A stretch of 63,992 nucleotides of DNA, filler included, from Acidimicrobiia bacterium (GTDB lineage: Bacteria > Actinomycetota > Acidimicrobiia > Spongiisociales > CAZKJJ01), in assembly GCA_046759765.1 (NCBI GenBank). It is 11 parts of 11 records of this genome, joined end to end, with 100 filler letters (N's around TTAATTAATTAA, not from the genome) between each part and the next. Parts side by side here need not be neighbours in the genome. Positions count along the whole stretch, not along the records: positions 6,639 to 13,120 come from JBHICV010000138.1; positions 13,221 to 19,285 come from JBHICV010000140.1; 9 more parts are not named here. One strand, given 5' to 3'. The notes below the pieces were generated by a model. That model ran no database searches. It had not been told where the DNA came from and saw only the letters and a program-made list of their open reading frames with translations. Below are positions 10,401-19,385 of this stretch, one piece after another. Position 1 is the first letter of the stretch. The number at the start of each line of letters is the position of its first letter. The translations under genes were made by a program, and so were the position numbers.

Positions 10401-11431
10401 TGCCGTACCACAAGATCCTCGTGGGCACCGACGGCTCCCAGACTGCAGCCATCGCGGAGCGCGCAGCCGCCGACCTCGCGTCGGTCCTCGACGCCGAGCT
10501 GATCATCGTCACCGCATTCGATCCATCGACGACCGAAACGGGCGATGCGGAACGGATCTTGGCAGCCGCCGCCGAGCGCGCCGGCGAAGCCGGACTTGCG
10601 GCCAAGACCGAGCTTCGGACCGGCGATCCGGCCGAGGCGCTCATGGAAGCGGCCGACAAGATCCGAGCCGACCTCATCGTGGTCGGCGATCGGGGAATGG
10701 GCGGCGCCCACCGATTCACAGTAGGGGGCGTTCCCGACCGCGTTTCTCACTACACCCCGGTGGATCTCCTGCTGGTTAAGACCACCAGACCCGATCGGGA
10801 GGAGGGCCGCTACCGGAAGGTCCTTCTGGCGACTGATGGCTCCTTTACGGCGGACCAGGCAACGGGCCGTGGGTATGGCCTGGCGTCGGCGGTCGGCGCC
10901 AGCGTCAGCCTGGTCTACGTCGGTGATGAGCTTCTCGGCAACATCGTGCTTCGTGACACGTCCGAACGGCTAAGCGAGGAACCGATCGATCAGCACGTCC
11001 TGAAGGGACACCCGTCGGATCGCATCTGCGAGCTGGCGGAGTCCCAAGGTCACGACTTGGTGGTGGTCGGCAACAAAGGAATGGTCGGAGGCAAGCGGTT
11101 TCTACTGGCTGCGGTTCCCAACAAGGTTTCCCATAACGCCGTCTGCGACGTGCTCATATCGAAGACGGTGGGCCGCGAGCTGCGCGACCTGCAGCCGGGG
11201 GAGGGCGGGGTGGTAGAAGCAGATGGACAAAAGGTGGCTGCCTTCGTGGACGACGACGGAACCGCCTACACCGTGTTAGCCAAGTGTCAGCACATGGGAT
11301 GCACGGTGGGATGGAACAGCAAGGCCCGCACGTGGGACTGCCCTTGCCACGGCTCGCGTTACGACCACACGGGCGCGGTCATCAACGGCCCGACTAAGAA
11401 GCCCCTGCCACCGGTCGAGGCGGAGCAGTAA
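10400..11431 (+). CDS. Tandem universal stress protein with C-terminal Rieske [2Fe-2S] domain
   Basis: Two USP domains (ILVGTDGS...VVGDRG; VLLATDGS...VVGNKG) followed by CQHMGC...WDCPCHGSRY. Confidence 0.85.
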   Translation: MPYHKILVGTDGSQTAAIAERAAADLASVLDAELIIVTAFDPSTTETGDAERILAAAAERAGEAGLAAKTELRTGDPAEALMEAADKIRADLIVVGDRGMGGAHRFTVGGVPDRVSHYTPVDLLLVKTTRPDREEGRYRKVLLATDGSFTADQATGRGYGLASAVGASVSLVYVGDELLGNIVLRDTSERLSEEPIDQHVLKGHPSDRICELAESQGHDLVVVGNKGMVGGKRFLLAAVPNKVSHNAVCDVLISKTVGRELRDLQPGEGGVVEADGQKVAAFVDDDGTAYTVLAKCQHMGCTVGWNSKARTWDCPCHGSRYDHTGAVINGPTKKPLPPVEAEQ

Positions 11432-11454
11432 CCGAGGGTGTTTACCCTTGCTCT

Positions 11455-12351
11455 GTGAAAATTGATGCTCTCCGCACTGACGACTCCCGCTTCGACGGAC
11501 TACCGGACTGGCCCTATCGCCCGAAGTATCTAGATGATCTGCCGGGTTACGAGGGGCTGCGGATGCATTTCGTGGATGAGGGACCGGAAGACGCACAGGT
11601 ATTCCTCTGCCTTCACGGCGAGCCGACTTGGGCCTATCTCTTTCGGCGCATGATCCCGGTGTTTCTGGATGGGGACTTACGCGTTGTGGCTCCCGACTTC
11701 TACGGATTCGGTCGCTCTGACAAACCGATCGACGACGAGGTCTACACATTCGACTTTCACCGCCATTCGCTTCTGCGCTTCGTGGAGATGCTCGATCTCA
11801 CGGACATAACCCTGGTGGTACAGGACTGGGGCGGCCTCCTGGGGCTGACCTTGCCGGTTGAGTTTCCGGATCGGATTACCGGTTTGCTGATAATGAACAC
11901 GGGTTTCGGGGTTGGTACGACCCCGTCGCAGGGTTTTGTCGAGTGGCGGGACTTCATGGCCCGAACGCCGGATTTAGAAGTCGGCAGGTTGCTGGCCCGG
12001 GCGACGCGGATACTCAGCGAGGGCGAGATTGCGGCCTACGACGCCCCTTTCCCAGAGCCGGAGTACAAAGCGGGAGTACGCCGCTTTCCTGCCATAGTGC
12101 CAACCGACCCCGACATGGGCGGGGTGGACGTGTCCCGCCAGGCCCAGCAATGGTGGGCCGAGGAGTTCGAAGGCCGATCGTTCATGGCGATCGGGATGCA
12201 GGACCCGGTTCTCGGGCCGGCGGTGATGGAGCGGGTTCATCGGTACATCCGGGGCTGCCCGGAACCGATGAAGGTCGAGGAGGCGGGACATTTCGTTCAG
12301 GAGTGGGGCGAGCCTATTGCCCGTGCCGCGCTTGAAGCCTGGGACATGTGA
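11455..12351 (+). CDS. Haloalkane dehalogenase (DhlA-like)
   Basis: LHGEPTWAYLFRRMIP, GFGRSDKP, VQDWGG nucleophile Asp, AYDAPFP, QDPVLG, AGHFVQE. Confidence 0.9.
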   Translation: MKIDALRTDDSRFDGLPDWPYRPKYLDDLPGYEGLRMHFVDEGPEDAQVFLCLHGEPTWAYLFRRMIPVFLDGDLRVVAPDFYGFGRSDKPIDDEVYTFDFHRHSLLRFVEMLDLTDITLVVQDWGGLLGLTLPVEFPDRITGLLIMNTGFGVGTTPSQGFVEWRDFMARTPDLEVGRLLARATRILSEGEIAAYDAPFPEPEYKAGVRRFPAIVPTDPDMGGVDVSRQAQQWWAEEFEGRSFMAIGMQDPVLGPAVMERVHRYIRGCPEPMKVEEAGHFVQEWGEPIARAALEAWDM

Positions 12352-12400
12352 GCGATTCGGAGGAATTCGAGCTCTAGTGCGGCGGTCAAGCGTCGGGGGA

Positions 12401-12847
12401 TCAGTCCCTCGCTGCGTAGTTGGGGTCTTTGAACGGCCACGACGCCTTGATCCAATCTGATACGGCGGCCCGGACGACTCTGTCCATCTCGGATCTGCTC
12501 TCGCGTACCCACGACCTCACCTCGGCATCGTGACGGGAGCTCCGGGATGGGTAGATGTAGAGACAACCGATCACCTCGTCGCCATCGAGAATCGAGTACG
12601 TGAAACTGTCCCGGTTCTCGAAGTCGTTGGCATGCCCCCGGAGATCAGACAGGTTCGCTTCCAGGCTCATGGGCTTCGGCCATACGGACCCTTCGAAGCC
12701 CGGCGTTGATCTGATGTGATCGATGCTCGACGACCACGCCTGGTGATCCCGCTCGTTGTGCTCCGGTCCGAGCGGCTCCAGTCGGAACCCGGGCCCGTCG
12801 AACCGCAGGGGAACCTCAAAGTCAGACGGGACGAACCGTGGCGCCAT
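12401..12847 (-). CDS. GNAT/RimJ-like N-acetyltransferase
   Basis: FRLEPLGPEHNERDHQAW...FTYSIL...IGCLYIYP...VRSWVR. Confidence 0.7.
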   Translation of the reverse strand: MAPRFVPSDFEVPLRFDGPGFRLEPLGPEHNERDHQAWSSSIDHIRSTPGFEGSVWPKPMSLEANLSDLRGHANDFENRDSFTYSILDGDEVIGCLYIYPSRSSRHDAEVRSWVRESRSEMDRVVRAAVSDWIKASWPFKDPNYAARD

Positions 12848-12940
12848 CGTCCCAACCTATCTGGCTAGGGGATGGCAGCTCGACCGTTATCGGGCGGAGC
12901 GGGGCTTCTAGCTGGCTACGTCCGCCTCGGATGGCCGGGG

Positions 12941-12946
12941 TACGAT
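12941..12946 (+). promoter_or_regulatory. Putative -10 element for the tRNA-Arg(CCT) locus
   Basis: TACGAT (TANNNT) 9 nt upstream of the tRNA 5' end. Confidence 0.5.
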
Positions 12947-12955
12947 CGTTCCGCG

Positions 12956-12997
12956 GCCCTCGTAGCTCAGGGGATAGAGCACCGGTTTCCTAAACCG
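12956..12997 (+). tRNA. tRNA-Arg(CCT), 5' half only (interrupted after the anticodon arm)
   Basis: GCCCTCG-TA-GCTCAGGGGATAGAGC-A-CCGGT-TTCCTAA-ACCG; first 30 nt identical to the tRNA-Arg(CCG) at 37979; no T-arm (GGTTCGAATCC) or 3' acceptor strand follows. Confidence 0.85.
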
Positions 12998-13120
12998 TTT
13001 GGGCCGTTTTGGCTGCCAGGGCAATCGGATCGAAATGAGGTCTGACCAGGGATTTCGCCTCGCAACGTCTCGCGTTGTTTTGCACGATTTCTCTCCGGTT
13101 GCGGCCCAAATGCGGCCCAA
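12998..13120. mobile_element. Probable end (att junction) of an integrative element inserted in tRNA-Arg(CCT)
   Basis: tRNA homology stops abruptly; TTTGGGCCG (12998-13006) is inverted relative to tandem TGCGGCCCAAA/TGCGGCCCAA (13100-13120); contig breaks immediately after. Confidence 0.55.
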
Positions 13121-13220
13121 NNNNNNNNNNNNNNNNNNNNNNNNNNNNNNNNNNNNNNNNNNNNTTAATTAATTAANNNNNNNNNNNNNNNNNNNNNNNN
13201 NNNNNNNNNNNNNNNNNNNN

Positions 13221-14549
13221 CGTTCGACCCCGGGCGTGCAGCTCCGAAGCCAGGTACGGGGCCTCTCGGCCGCCGACCGCCACCGGCCCCTCGGCGGGGA
13301 GAGCGTCCCTACCGGCGACGACGAACGGGACTGTGGGTGGAGGCTCGGAGACGACCGGCAGGAGCGGGTCTCCCGGCGACCAGTACGCGAGGGAGATCAC
13401 CCGTCGGGCACGGAGCGCCCGGTCAACGAGTCCTGCGGGGAGCGCCGCCCCGGTCCGCTCGACGGCGGCATGGCTCCCGGCGACCAGCACCGGTCCGTCC
13501 GACAGATCGCAGACCTCCTTGGCTCGGGCGGAGAGGTCGTGCGTGCCGATCTGTCGCGACCACTCGATGATCTCCTGCTTGCCCATACCGGCAAGCGGCC
13601 GCAGCACCGTTCGGCTGCATGCCCGGTCGATGAGTGCCAGGTTTTCGAGCGTTTGGCTCGACACCTGACCCACCGACTCTCCAGTGACCAACGCGTGGAT
13701 GCGGCGACTGCCTGCCAGTCGGTCCGCAGCTTGGAACATGAGCCGCTTCAGGATCACTTGGCGAAACCGGGGGTCTACCTCGTCCTGCAGGGCGTCCTTG
13801 ACCTCCTGGAAATCGATGGTGTGGGCGAGGAAGCCGTTGCCGGCACCCCAGCGCTCCAGCAGCTGATAGGCGACGGCAAGGGCGTGCTCACCCTGGGCGC
13901 AGTCGAGCGTGAAATGCACGAAGTCGACGGGGCTGCCCCGCCGCATCAGCATCCACGAGGCCACCGGAGAATCGAAGCCGCCGGAGATCAAGCCCAGCAC
14001 CCGGCCCTGGGTACCCACCGGCAGTCCCTCCGGCCCGTCCCAGACTCTCTCGATCAGGTACGCCGAGTCGTCGAACACCTCGAGCCGCACGGTGACCTCC
14101 GGCCGGGTGAGGTCGACGCCCGCCGACGCCTCCCGCAGCAGATCGCCGATGATCACCTCGGCATCGCGGCTGGCCCATGGCTTGGGGCGGCGGCGCTTGA
14201 CCCGAACTGCGAAGGTTCGCCTCTCGACGGTCGGAAGGGCCCGTTCGGCAACGGCTCGAGCCATGACCTCGAGGTCGTCGGCCGGCACCTCCACCCCCAG
14301 CGCAGCCCGTTGCACCCCGAAGACCTCCGCGGCAGCCCGGCCCGCCGATTCGAGGTCTCCGCCGGAGACCCACATCCGATTCCAGTCCATCTCGAGTTCG
14401 GCGCCGGGAGCCCGCCGTGCCAGAGCGGCCTCCAGGTTGCGCTTCAGGACGCGCCAGAAGCGCCGCCGGGTCCGGGACGACTTCGTGAACAGCTCTGGAG
14501 AGGGACTCAGGAGAAGCAGGGTGCCCTCCTCCATCGGGATGGCTTTCAT
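13221..14549 (-). CDS. thiI: tRNA 4-thiouridine(8) synthase ThiI (3' end at contig edge)
   Basis: THUMP domain (TFAVRVKR, VDLTRPE), GLPVGTQG, PP-loop LISGGFDS, TGESVGQVSSQTLENL, EVC. Confidence 0.88.
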
Positions 14550-15222
14550 TGTGCCACCTGGCCGAACAGAGTTCAGCCATCAGGCTCCCTCTCCCAAGGC
14601 GGAACGGCGTCGGCGACTCATCCCGTTGCGATCACCAGCCGGGCGGCCTCGGCTGACACCCTCAGCAGGGGCGGTGAATCGGCCATGGCTGAGGACAGGT
14701 TGTGCTGTGAGGACGCTGTCGCACCTCGACATCGCCTTTAGGCGGCTGATCGAGATCCTGGTTGAGTGGCGCCGGCCCGGCTCCCACCCTGCTGCGCTGA
14801 CCGGCCTAGAGATCTCGCGGGATATGCTCCCGGTCATGGGGGTACGCCGCCTCGGGTGATGAACCTTGCGACATCGAAGATGTCGTGGGGACGAGCTTTG
14901 CCGTGGCAACCAAGTCGTGACTTGCTGGCACACGCTGCGCGATGCGATAAGGAAAGGTTTCGATGCGGGATCAGCATTCAGGACGAGAAAGGAATTCACC
15001 GCGCCGTCCCGATACTTTCAATCAGTCCACGGCGGGACGCTACGAGCCGCACTCGAGCGCCTCCTGCGTCGATCGATCTGGCCCGCGGAATCTATTGCCC
15101 ATCAGCCGCTTCTGTTGCTGAGCAGCGCCCTCGTCGTGCGTTGGGTAGCGTGCAACGTGCTCGGAAAGCGTCCCGTACGGCACGGGCGCTCGCTGTGATG
15201 AACACCTCCTAGGAGGGATTTC

Positions 15223-15948
15223 ATGAGCGCACTGGCACTGGAATCAAACGGCTACATGCTCATCGACGACTTCCTAGGTCCCGAGGATTGTCGGACGTTC
15301 TTGGAGCAGATCGGTCACTACCGAGAGCACAACGGCTTGCCCGAGATCTATCGGCCGACCAAGCGTCGCTCCCTGCGCTACTTCGTGATCGACGGAGAGG
15401 AGATCCGCGCGAACTTGCCTTCGATCTGGAAGCTGTATCGGGGAGCAGCGAACGAACTGGTCAACGAGCTCATCCGCGCGTCTATAGAGCCCCTCCAGAA
15501 CATCAAGGCGGGGGTCAATGTGAATGTCATGCCCCCCGGCCGGTCCGAATATCGGTGGCACTACGACCGAACCGCCGTGACCGCGATCCTCTACCTCAAC
15601 CAAGTGGAAGGGGGCGAGACGGAGCTCTACCCGAACTACCGAATCCTGCTGAATGGACAGCAGGATTCACGGCTGCAGCTCATGCTCGACCGGTGCCTCC
15701 AGCCCGGCGTGCTACGACGTCTGGTGGGGAGGAAGAAAGTTGTTCAGCCCCATCCGGGCCGGCTGGTCGCCATGCTCGGCAACCGATGCTGGCACAGCTT
15801 CCGAGCTGTGCGGGGCTCAGAGGACCGTATCAATATCATCCTGGCCTATGACACTCCCGAAGCTCGTTTCGGAATGGAAGAAGGTCTCGACTCCTACCTG
15901 TACACGCAAGAGAGGGCGGACTCGAAGGATCCGAACTACGCACCGTGA
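15223..15948 (+). CDS. 2OG-Fe(II) dioxygenase
   Basis: WHYD (HxD), LYLN..EGGE, distal WHS and R (EDRIN); AGGAGG RBS. Confidence 0.85.
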   Translation: MSALALESNGYMLIDDFLGPEDCRTFLEQIGHYREHNGLPEIYRPTKRRSLRYFVIDGEEIRANLPSIWKLYRGAANELVNELIRASIEPLQNIKAGVNVNVMPPGRSEYRWHYDRTAVTAILYLNQVEGGETELYPNYRILLNGQQDSRLQLMLDRCLQPGVLRRLVGRKKVVQPHPGRLVAMLGNRCWHSFRAVRGSEDRINIILAYDTPEARFGMEEGLDSYLYTQERADSKDPNYAP

Positions 15949-15990
15949 CCGACCTTTGACACCTGTGCTGGCCATACCTCGGAGTGACTT

Positions 15991-16812
15991 GTGAGCAAGC
16001 CCGCAACCAACCATTACTACGCAAAAAAGGACTGGGACGTTGACTCGTGGGTCGATGTGATCACCGTCGAATATGAGACCCTCATCCGGGCGTTTCCGTT
16101 CGATCAAGCTTTTCGGTCGTTGCCCGCCTCCGAGAGCCGCCGGCTCCTCGATGTCGGGTGCGGGACGGCGATCTTTCCGGGCTACCTCGACGTGATTCTC
16201 TCGCCGGACGTTCACCTCCGGGCCGACCTGTGGGACATTTCCGAGTCGAGCCTCGAACAAGCGCGAGATGTGTTGAACCAACTCCCACACTTCAGCGTGG
16301 GTCGAGCGTACCAAGCACTCATCGAGGATCTCCCCTCGATGCTCTCTCCGGAGGCGCATCGATATGAGGTCATCTGGGCCATCCATTCGTTTACGACGGT
16401 GAACGTCGAACGGATGGGAGCGGTCTACGCCCGTCTCCTCCAGGTGCTCCGCCCAGGTGGATACCTGTTTGTGTACCAACTCACCGCCGAGTCCTCCTAT
16501 CAAAGATTCCACGGGCTCTATCGGGCCGAACATCCTCACGGCAGGAACCGGGCGCCCTACATGAAGTTCGAAGACAGCCAGAAGATCCTTGACTCCCTAG
16601 GGGCGGAGTACGAGGTTTATCCGCAACGCTTCGCGCACGAGATCGCTGAGGACCATGCCGACCTTCTGGAGAAGTATCTCCGGAAGGTGATCCTCGACGA
16701 CACCGTCGACGTTCGGCACTTCTTCGGGCCGCTTCTCGAAACCTTCTACGACCCGGGCCGGGGCAGGTACGTAATCCCGCAGTCGGTCAACCTGATTACG
16801 GTCCACAAGTGA
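15991..16812 (+). CDS. Class I SAM-dependent methyltransferase
   Basis: LLDVGCGT motif I, WDIS, VIWAIHS, LRPGGYL. Confidence 0.88.
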   Translation: MSKPATNHYYAKKDWDVDSWVDVITVEYETLIRAFPFDQAFRSLPASESRRLLDVGCGTAIFPGYLDVILSPDVHLRADLWDISESSLEQARDVLNQLPHFSVGRAYQALIEDLPSMLSPEAHRYEVIWAIHSFTTVNVERMGAVYARLLQVLRPGGYLFVYQLTAESSYQRFHGLYRAEHPHGRNRAPYMKFEDSQKILDSLGAEYEVYPQRFAHEIAEDHADLLEKYLRKVILDDTVDVRHFFGPLLETFYDPGRGRYVIPQSVNLITVHK

Positions 16813-16885
16813 TGATGTTCGTTCGAGGCTGGCAACACCACTTGAGATCCTGCGCCGCAGCTCGTTCGCTCAGCCGGGCTAGCTG

Positions 16886-17662
16886 ATGTCGTTGCTGCCC
16901 GAACCCTATTACTCGGCCTGCAACGAGGTGTTCCGTCGTTCGACGAACCAGACCCAACTCATGTTGAGGGAGATGGAGAAATTCTGTCGGGACCGACGGC
17001 GCCTGAGGATCCTGAGTGTGGGATCAGGCGTGGGCCTGTTCGAGATCCCGATGCTGAAGATGCTGCAGGACGGTGGTGTGCAGATCAGCGAGTTCGTAGG
17101 CGTCGACGTCAGTGCCCATGCATGCGCCGTCCTCGAGGAGAACCTGCGGGCCGAAGTCGGCTCGGGCATATCGTACGACGTGGCCTGTTCGCCCTTTCAG
17201 GATTTCACCACGAACGAGGACTTCGACATCGTCCTCTACAACCACACGTTCGAATATCTGGGTGGCCGTCCGGTCACGTGGCTTCGCAAGTCACAGAGCC
17301 TCTTGACGCCCGGCGGCAGCGTGATCATTTTCAGTCCTAACCGAGGCGGAATCAACCGCATCTACGGAGAGGCGATACAGGAACTGGGCGGATGGACCCC
17401 GTTCTTCGCCGACGACATCGAGGTGACCTTGAAAAGCCATCGCATTCGCTTTCTGAAGAAGAGGCTCGTCGCAGAATGCGACATCTCTCTGCTGCAGGAG
17501 AGCGACCCTCACCCGGACAAGATCAAACTCCTGAGCTTCCTCACGCAACGAGATTGCCGAGCAGCCCCGCTCGAAGTGCGGGAGAGCTACGTCGAGTACT
17601 ACCTGTCCCTCCGGCAGAATGGGCGCACGATTCCCCATCCGACGACGATGTTCATCCTGTAG
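16886..17662 (+). CDS. Class I SAM-dependent methyltransferase, histamine N-methyltransferase-like
   Basis: LRILSVGSGVG, FDIVLYNHTFEY, LTPGGSVIIF, CDIS, LLSFLTQ. Confidence 0.75.
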   Translation: MSLLPEPYYSACNEVFRRSTNQTQLMLREMEKFCRDRRRLRILSVGSGVGLFEIPMLKMLQDGGVQISEFVGVDVSAHACAVLEENLRAEVGSGISYDVACSPFQDFTTNEDFDIVLYNHTFEYLGGRPVTWLRKSQSLLTPGGSVIIFSPNRGGINRIYGEAIQELGGWTPFFADDIEVTLKSHRIRFLKKRLVAECDISLLQESDPHPDKIKLLSFLTQRDCRAAPLEVRESYVEYYLSLRQNGRTIPHPTTMFIL

Positions 17663-17743
17663 GTCTGGATTCCCGGCGGAGATGCCTGCGCTGGACCGAT
17701 GGTGATCAAAACCTTGACGCCCTCAACTCCATAGAGAAGATCC

Positions 17744-18772
17744 ATGGCGGTGATCACGGACGAACAGACGAGATACCTCGAGCGGCTGTTGGCTGCCGAA
17801 TCTGCGAAGAACCTGCGGGTCTTCGACAGGGGGGAGATCACAGAAGGGTGGGAAACACGCATCCACGCCTTCGCGGTTGGGTACGTGGTAGACGGAGAGG
17901 AGAGGAGCCAGGAGTTCATTCTGCGGCTCTTCCCCGGCGTCCGCGGAGCCGCACAGGCGGTCAAGGAGTTCGCCGTCATGAAGCAGGTCGCCCGGTGGGG
18001 CGTGCCCGCGCCGCGGGTCGATTTCGTCGTGACGGAGGAGACACCTTTCGGAGACCCTTTCATCGTGATGGAGCGAGTAAGAGGCGAGAGCATGGCGGAT
18101 GTATTGGAAGGCGCTCCGGAGCGGGAGGTTCTGCGCCTCGTGGGGGCGATGGTCGATCCCCTGGTCCGGCTTCATGAGATGCCACCGAACGAGCTGTTCC
18201 CGGCTCGGCCCGGAGCCATAACCAACGACGAGCCGGTCACATTCGTGCCACCAGAGCTCGCCGACATGAGAGCTGCTGTCGACCGATACGAACTTCGCGA
18301 CTTCGAACTACTTCTACGGTGGCTAGAGGTGAGAAGGGAGGAGGGCGCGCCCGGCTACACCTGTGTCCTCCACAACGACTACCACCCGCTCAACATGGTG
18401 GTCAGAGAAGGCGACGGGGAATTGATCATCCTCGACTGGTCATTCGCCGACGCAGGAGATTTCCGGCTCGACCTGGCCTGGTCGGCTCTGCTGCTCGGTG
18501 TGATGGCCGGCGAGCGTTATCGCGAAGTGCTCATCGAGCGCTATGAGGACATCTCCGGACGCAACGTGGAGAACTTCTCATATTTCGAGGTGCTCAAGCT
18601 GGCCGCCCGGCTGATCACGATCGCACTGTGGCTCGACGAGTCAGCGGTGATCCCGGTCTCAAGGATCACCAAGCAGGCGATCCGGAACGAATACAAGGTC
18701 CACGTCCTCAACGTCTACGACCGCGTGAAAGAGATCACGGAGCTGCAGGTTCCGCTGTTCGAGGGCCTCTAG
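17744..18772 (+). CDS. Aminoglycoside/choline-kinase-like phosphotransferase (APH family)
   Basis: FIVMERVRG, LHNDYHPLN (Brenner motif), ILDWS, GDFRLDL. Confidence 0.85.
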   Translation: MAVITDEQTRYLERLLAAESAKNLRVFDRGEITEGWETRIHAFAVGYVVDGEERSQEFILRLFPGVRGAAQAVKEFAVMKQVARWGVPAPRVDFVVTEETPFGDPFIVMERVRGESMADVLEGAPEREVLRLVGAMVDPLVRLHEMPPNELFPARPGAITNDEPVTFVPPELADMRAAVDRYELRDFELLLRWLEVRREEGAPGYTCVLHNDYHPLNMVVREGDGELIILDWSFADAGDFRLDLAWSALLLGVMAGERYREVLIERYEDISGRNVENFSYFEVLKLAARLITIALWLDESAVIPVSRITKQAIRNEYKVHVLNVYDRVKEITELQVPLFEGL

Positions 18773-18806
18773 GCGCGTGTGCGCCTCTTTCGTTCTTGTC
18801 AGGTTT

Positions 18807-18917
18807 CTAACCGGATCCTCGTGTGGGGGGAGTGGCGTCGGTTCGGATCTGGAAGCGGGGCCATATCGGCGGCTTGACACCGTGCAACGTCACGTCGAGT
18901 TCGAAGTACTGGGGCAC
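18807..18917 (-). pseudogene. N-terminal remnant of a plasmid pRiA4b ORF-3-like protein
   Basis: Own translation VPQYFELDVTLHGVKPPIWPRFQIRTDAT, then premature stop; resembles the family's YxLxVTLxGxKPPIWRR start. Confidence 0.55.
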
Positions 18918-19077
18918 AGTCGGTTCTCGCCTTACTCGTCGGGAACGTTACGCCCTACGCCGGGCCCGCGTTGTCCGTTCGATCCAGCCCACCCGGCGTC
19001 AACGCCTCCGTGCGTGTCGTTTCTGCCGGGGTGTGCGGTCTCGAGCGTGTACTGGCCTGGTCGAATACGCTGTCGGT

Positions 19078-19285
19078 GTGACCTGGACGGTCGAGGAGCG
19101 TCGGGCGTGGGCCTTCCCACCCACGGAGGGGGTGGTGGATGGGATCGACCTCGCCTTCCTGGACCCCGCCGATCCCGACGACCGGAGTCTCCTCATCAGG
19201 TTCGAGCATCCCGAGTTTGAGGAAGCCCTCGACGCCGGGTTAGACGAGATCGTGCTCGCAGGTCAGGTCATGAACCCGCACCTCC
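19078..19285 (+). CDS. DUF1841-like protein (3' truncated)
   Basis: LDPADPDDRSLLIRFEHPE...MNPHL. Confidence 0.55.
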
Positions 19286-19385
19286 NNNNNNNNNNNNNNN
19301 NNNNNNNNNNNNNNNNNNNNNNNNNNNNNTTAATTAATTAANNNNNNNNNNNNNNNNNNNNNNNNNNNNNNNNNNNNNNNNNNNN

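Noticed and set aside
13236..14741. Long antisense or alternative-frame ORFs (501 aa here; also 30181-31362, 22344-23336, 42706-43728)
   Set aside because: Shadow ORFs typical of high-GC DNA, opposite well-supported genes
14560..15200. ORFs between thiI and the 2OG oxygenase, possibly a decayed glycosyltransferase tail
   Set aside because: No convincing motif, start or RBS; cannot be supported without a profile search
15223..15948. 2OG enzyme as a BesD-type halogenase
   Set aside because: It keeps the HxD carboxylate (WHYD); halogenases have Gly or Ala at that position
18861..18870. CCATATCGGC, a partial reverse match to the dif-like core
   Set aside because: Only 10 bp, no second arm, and inside the pRiA4b-like remnant; probably chance
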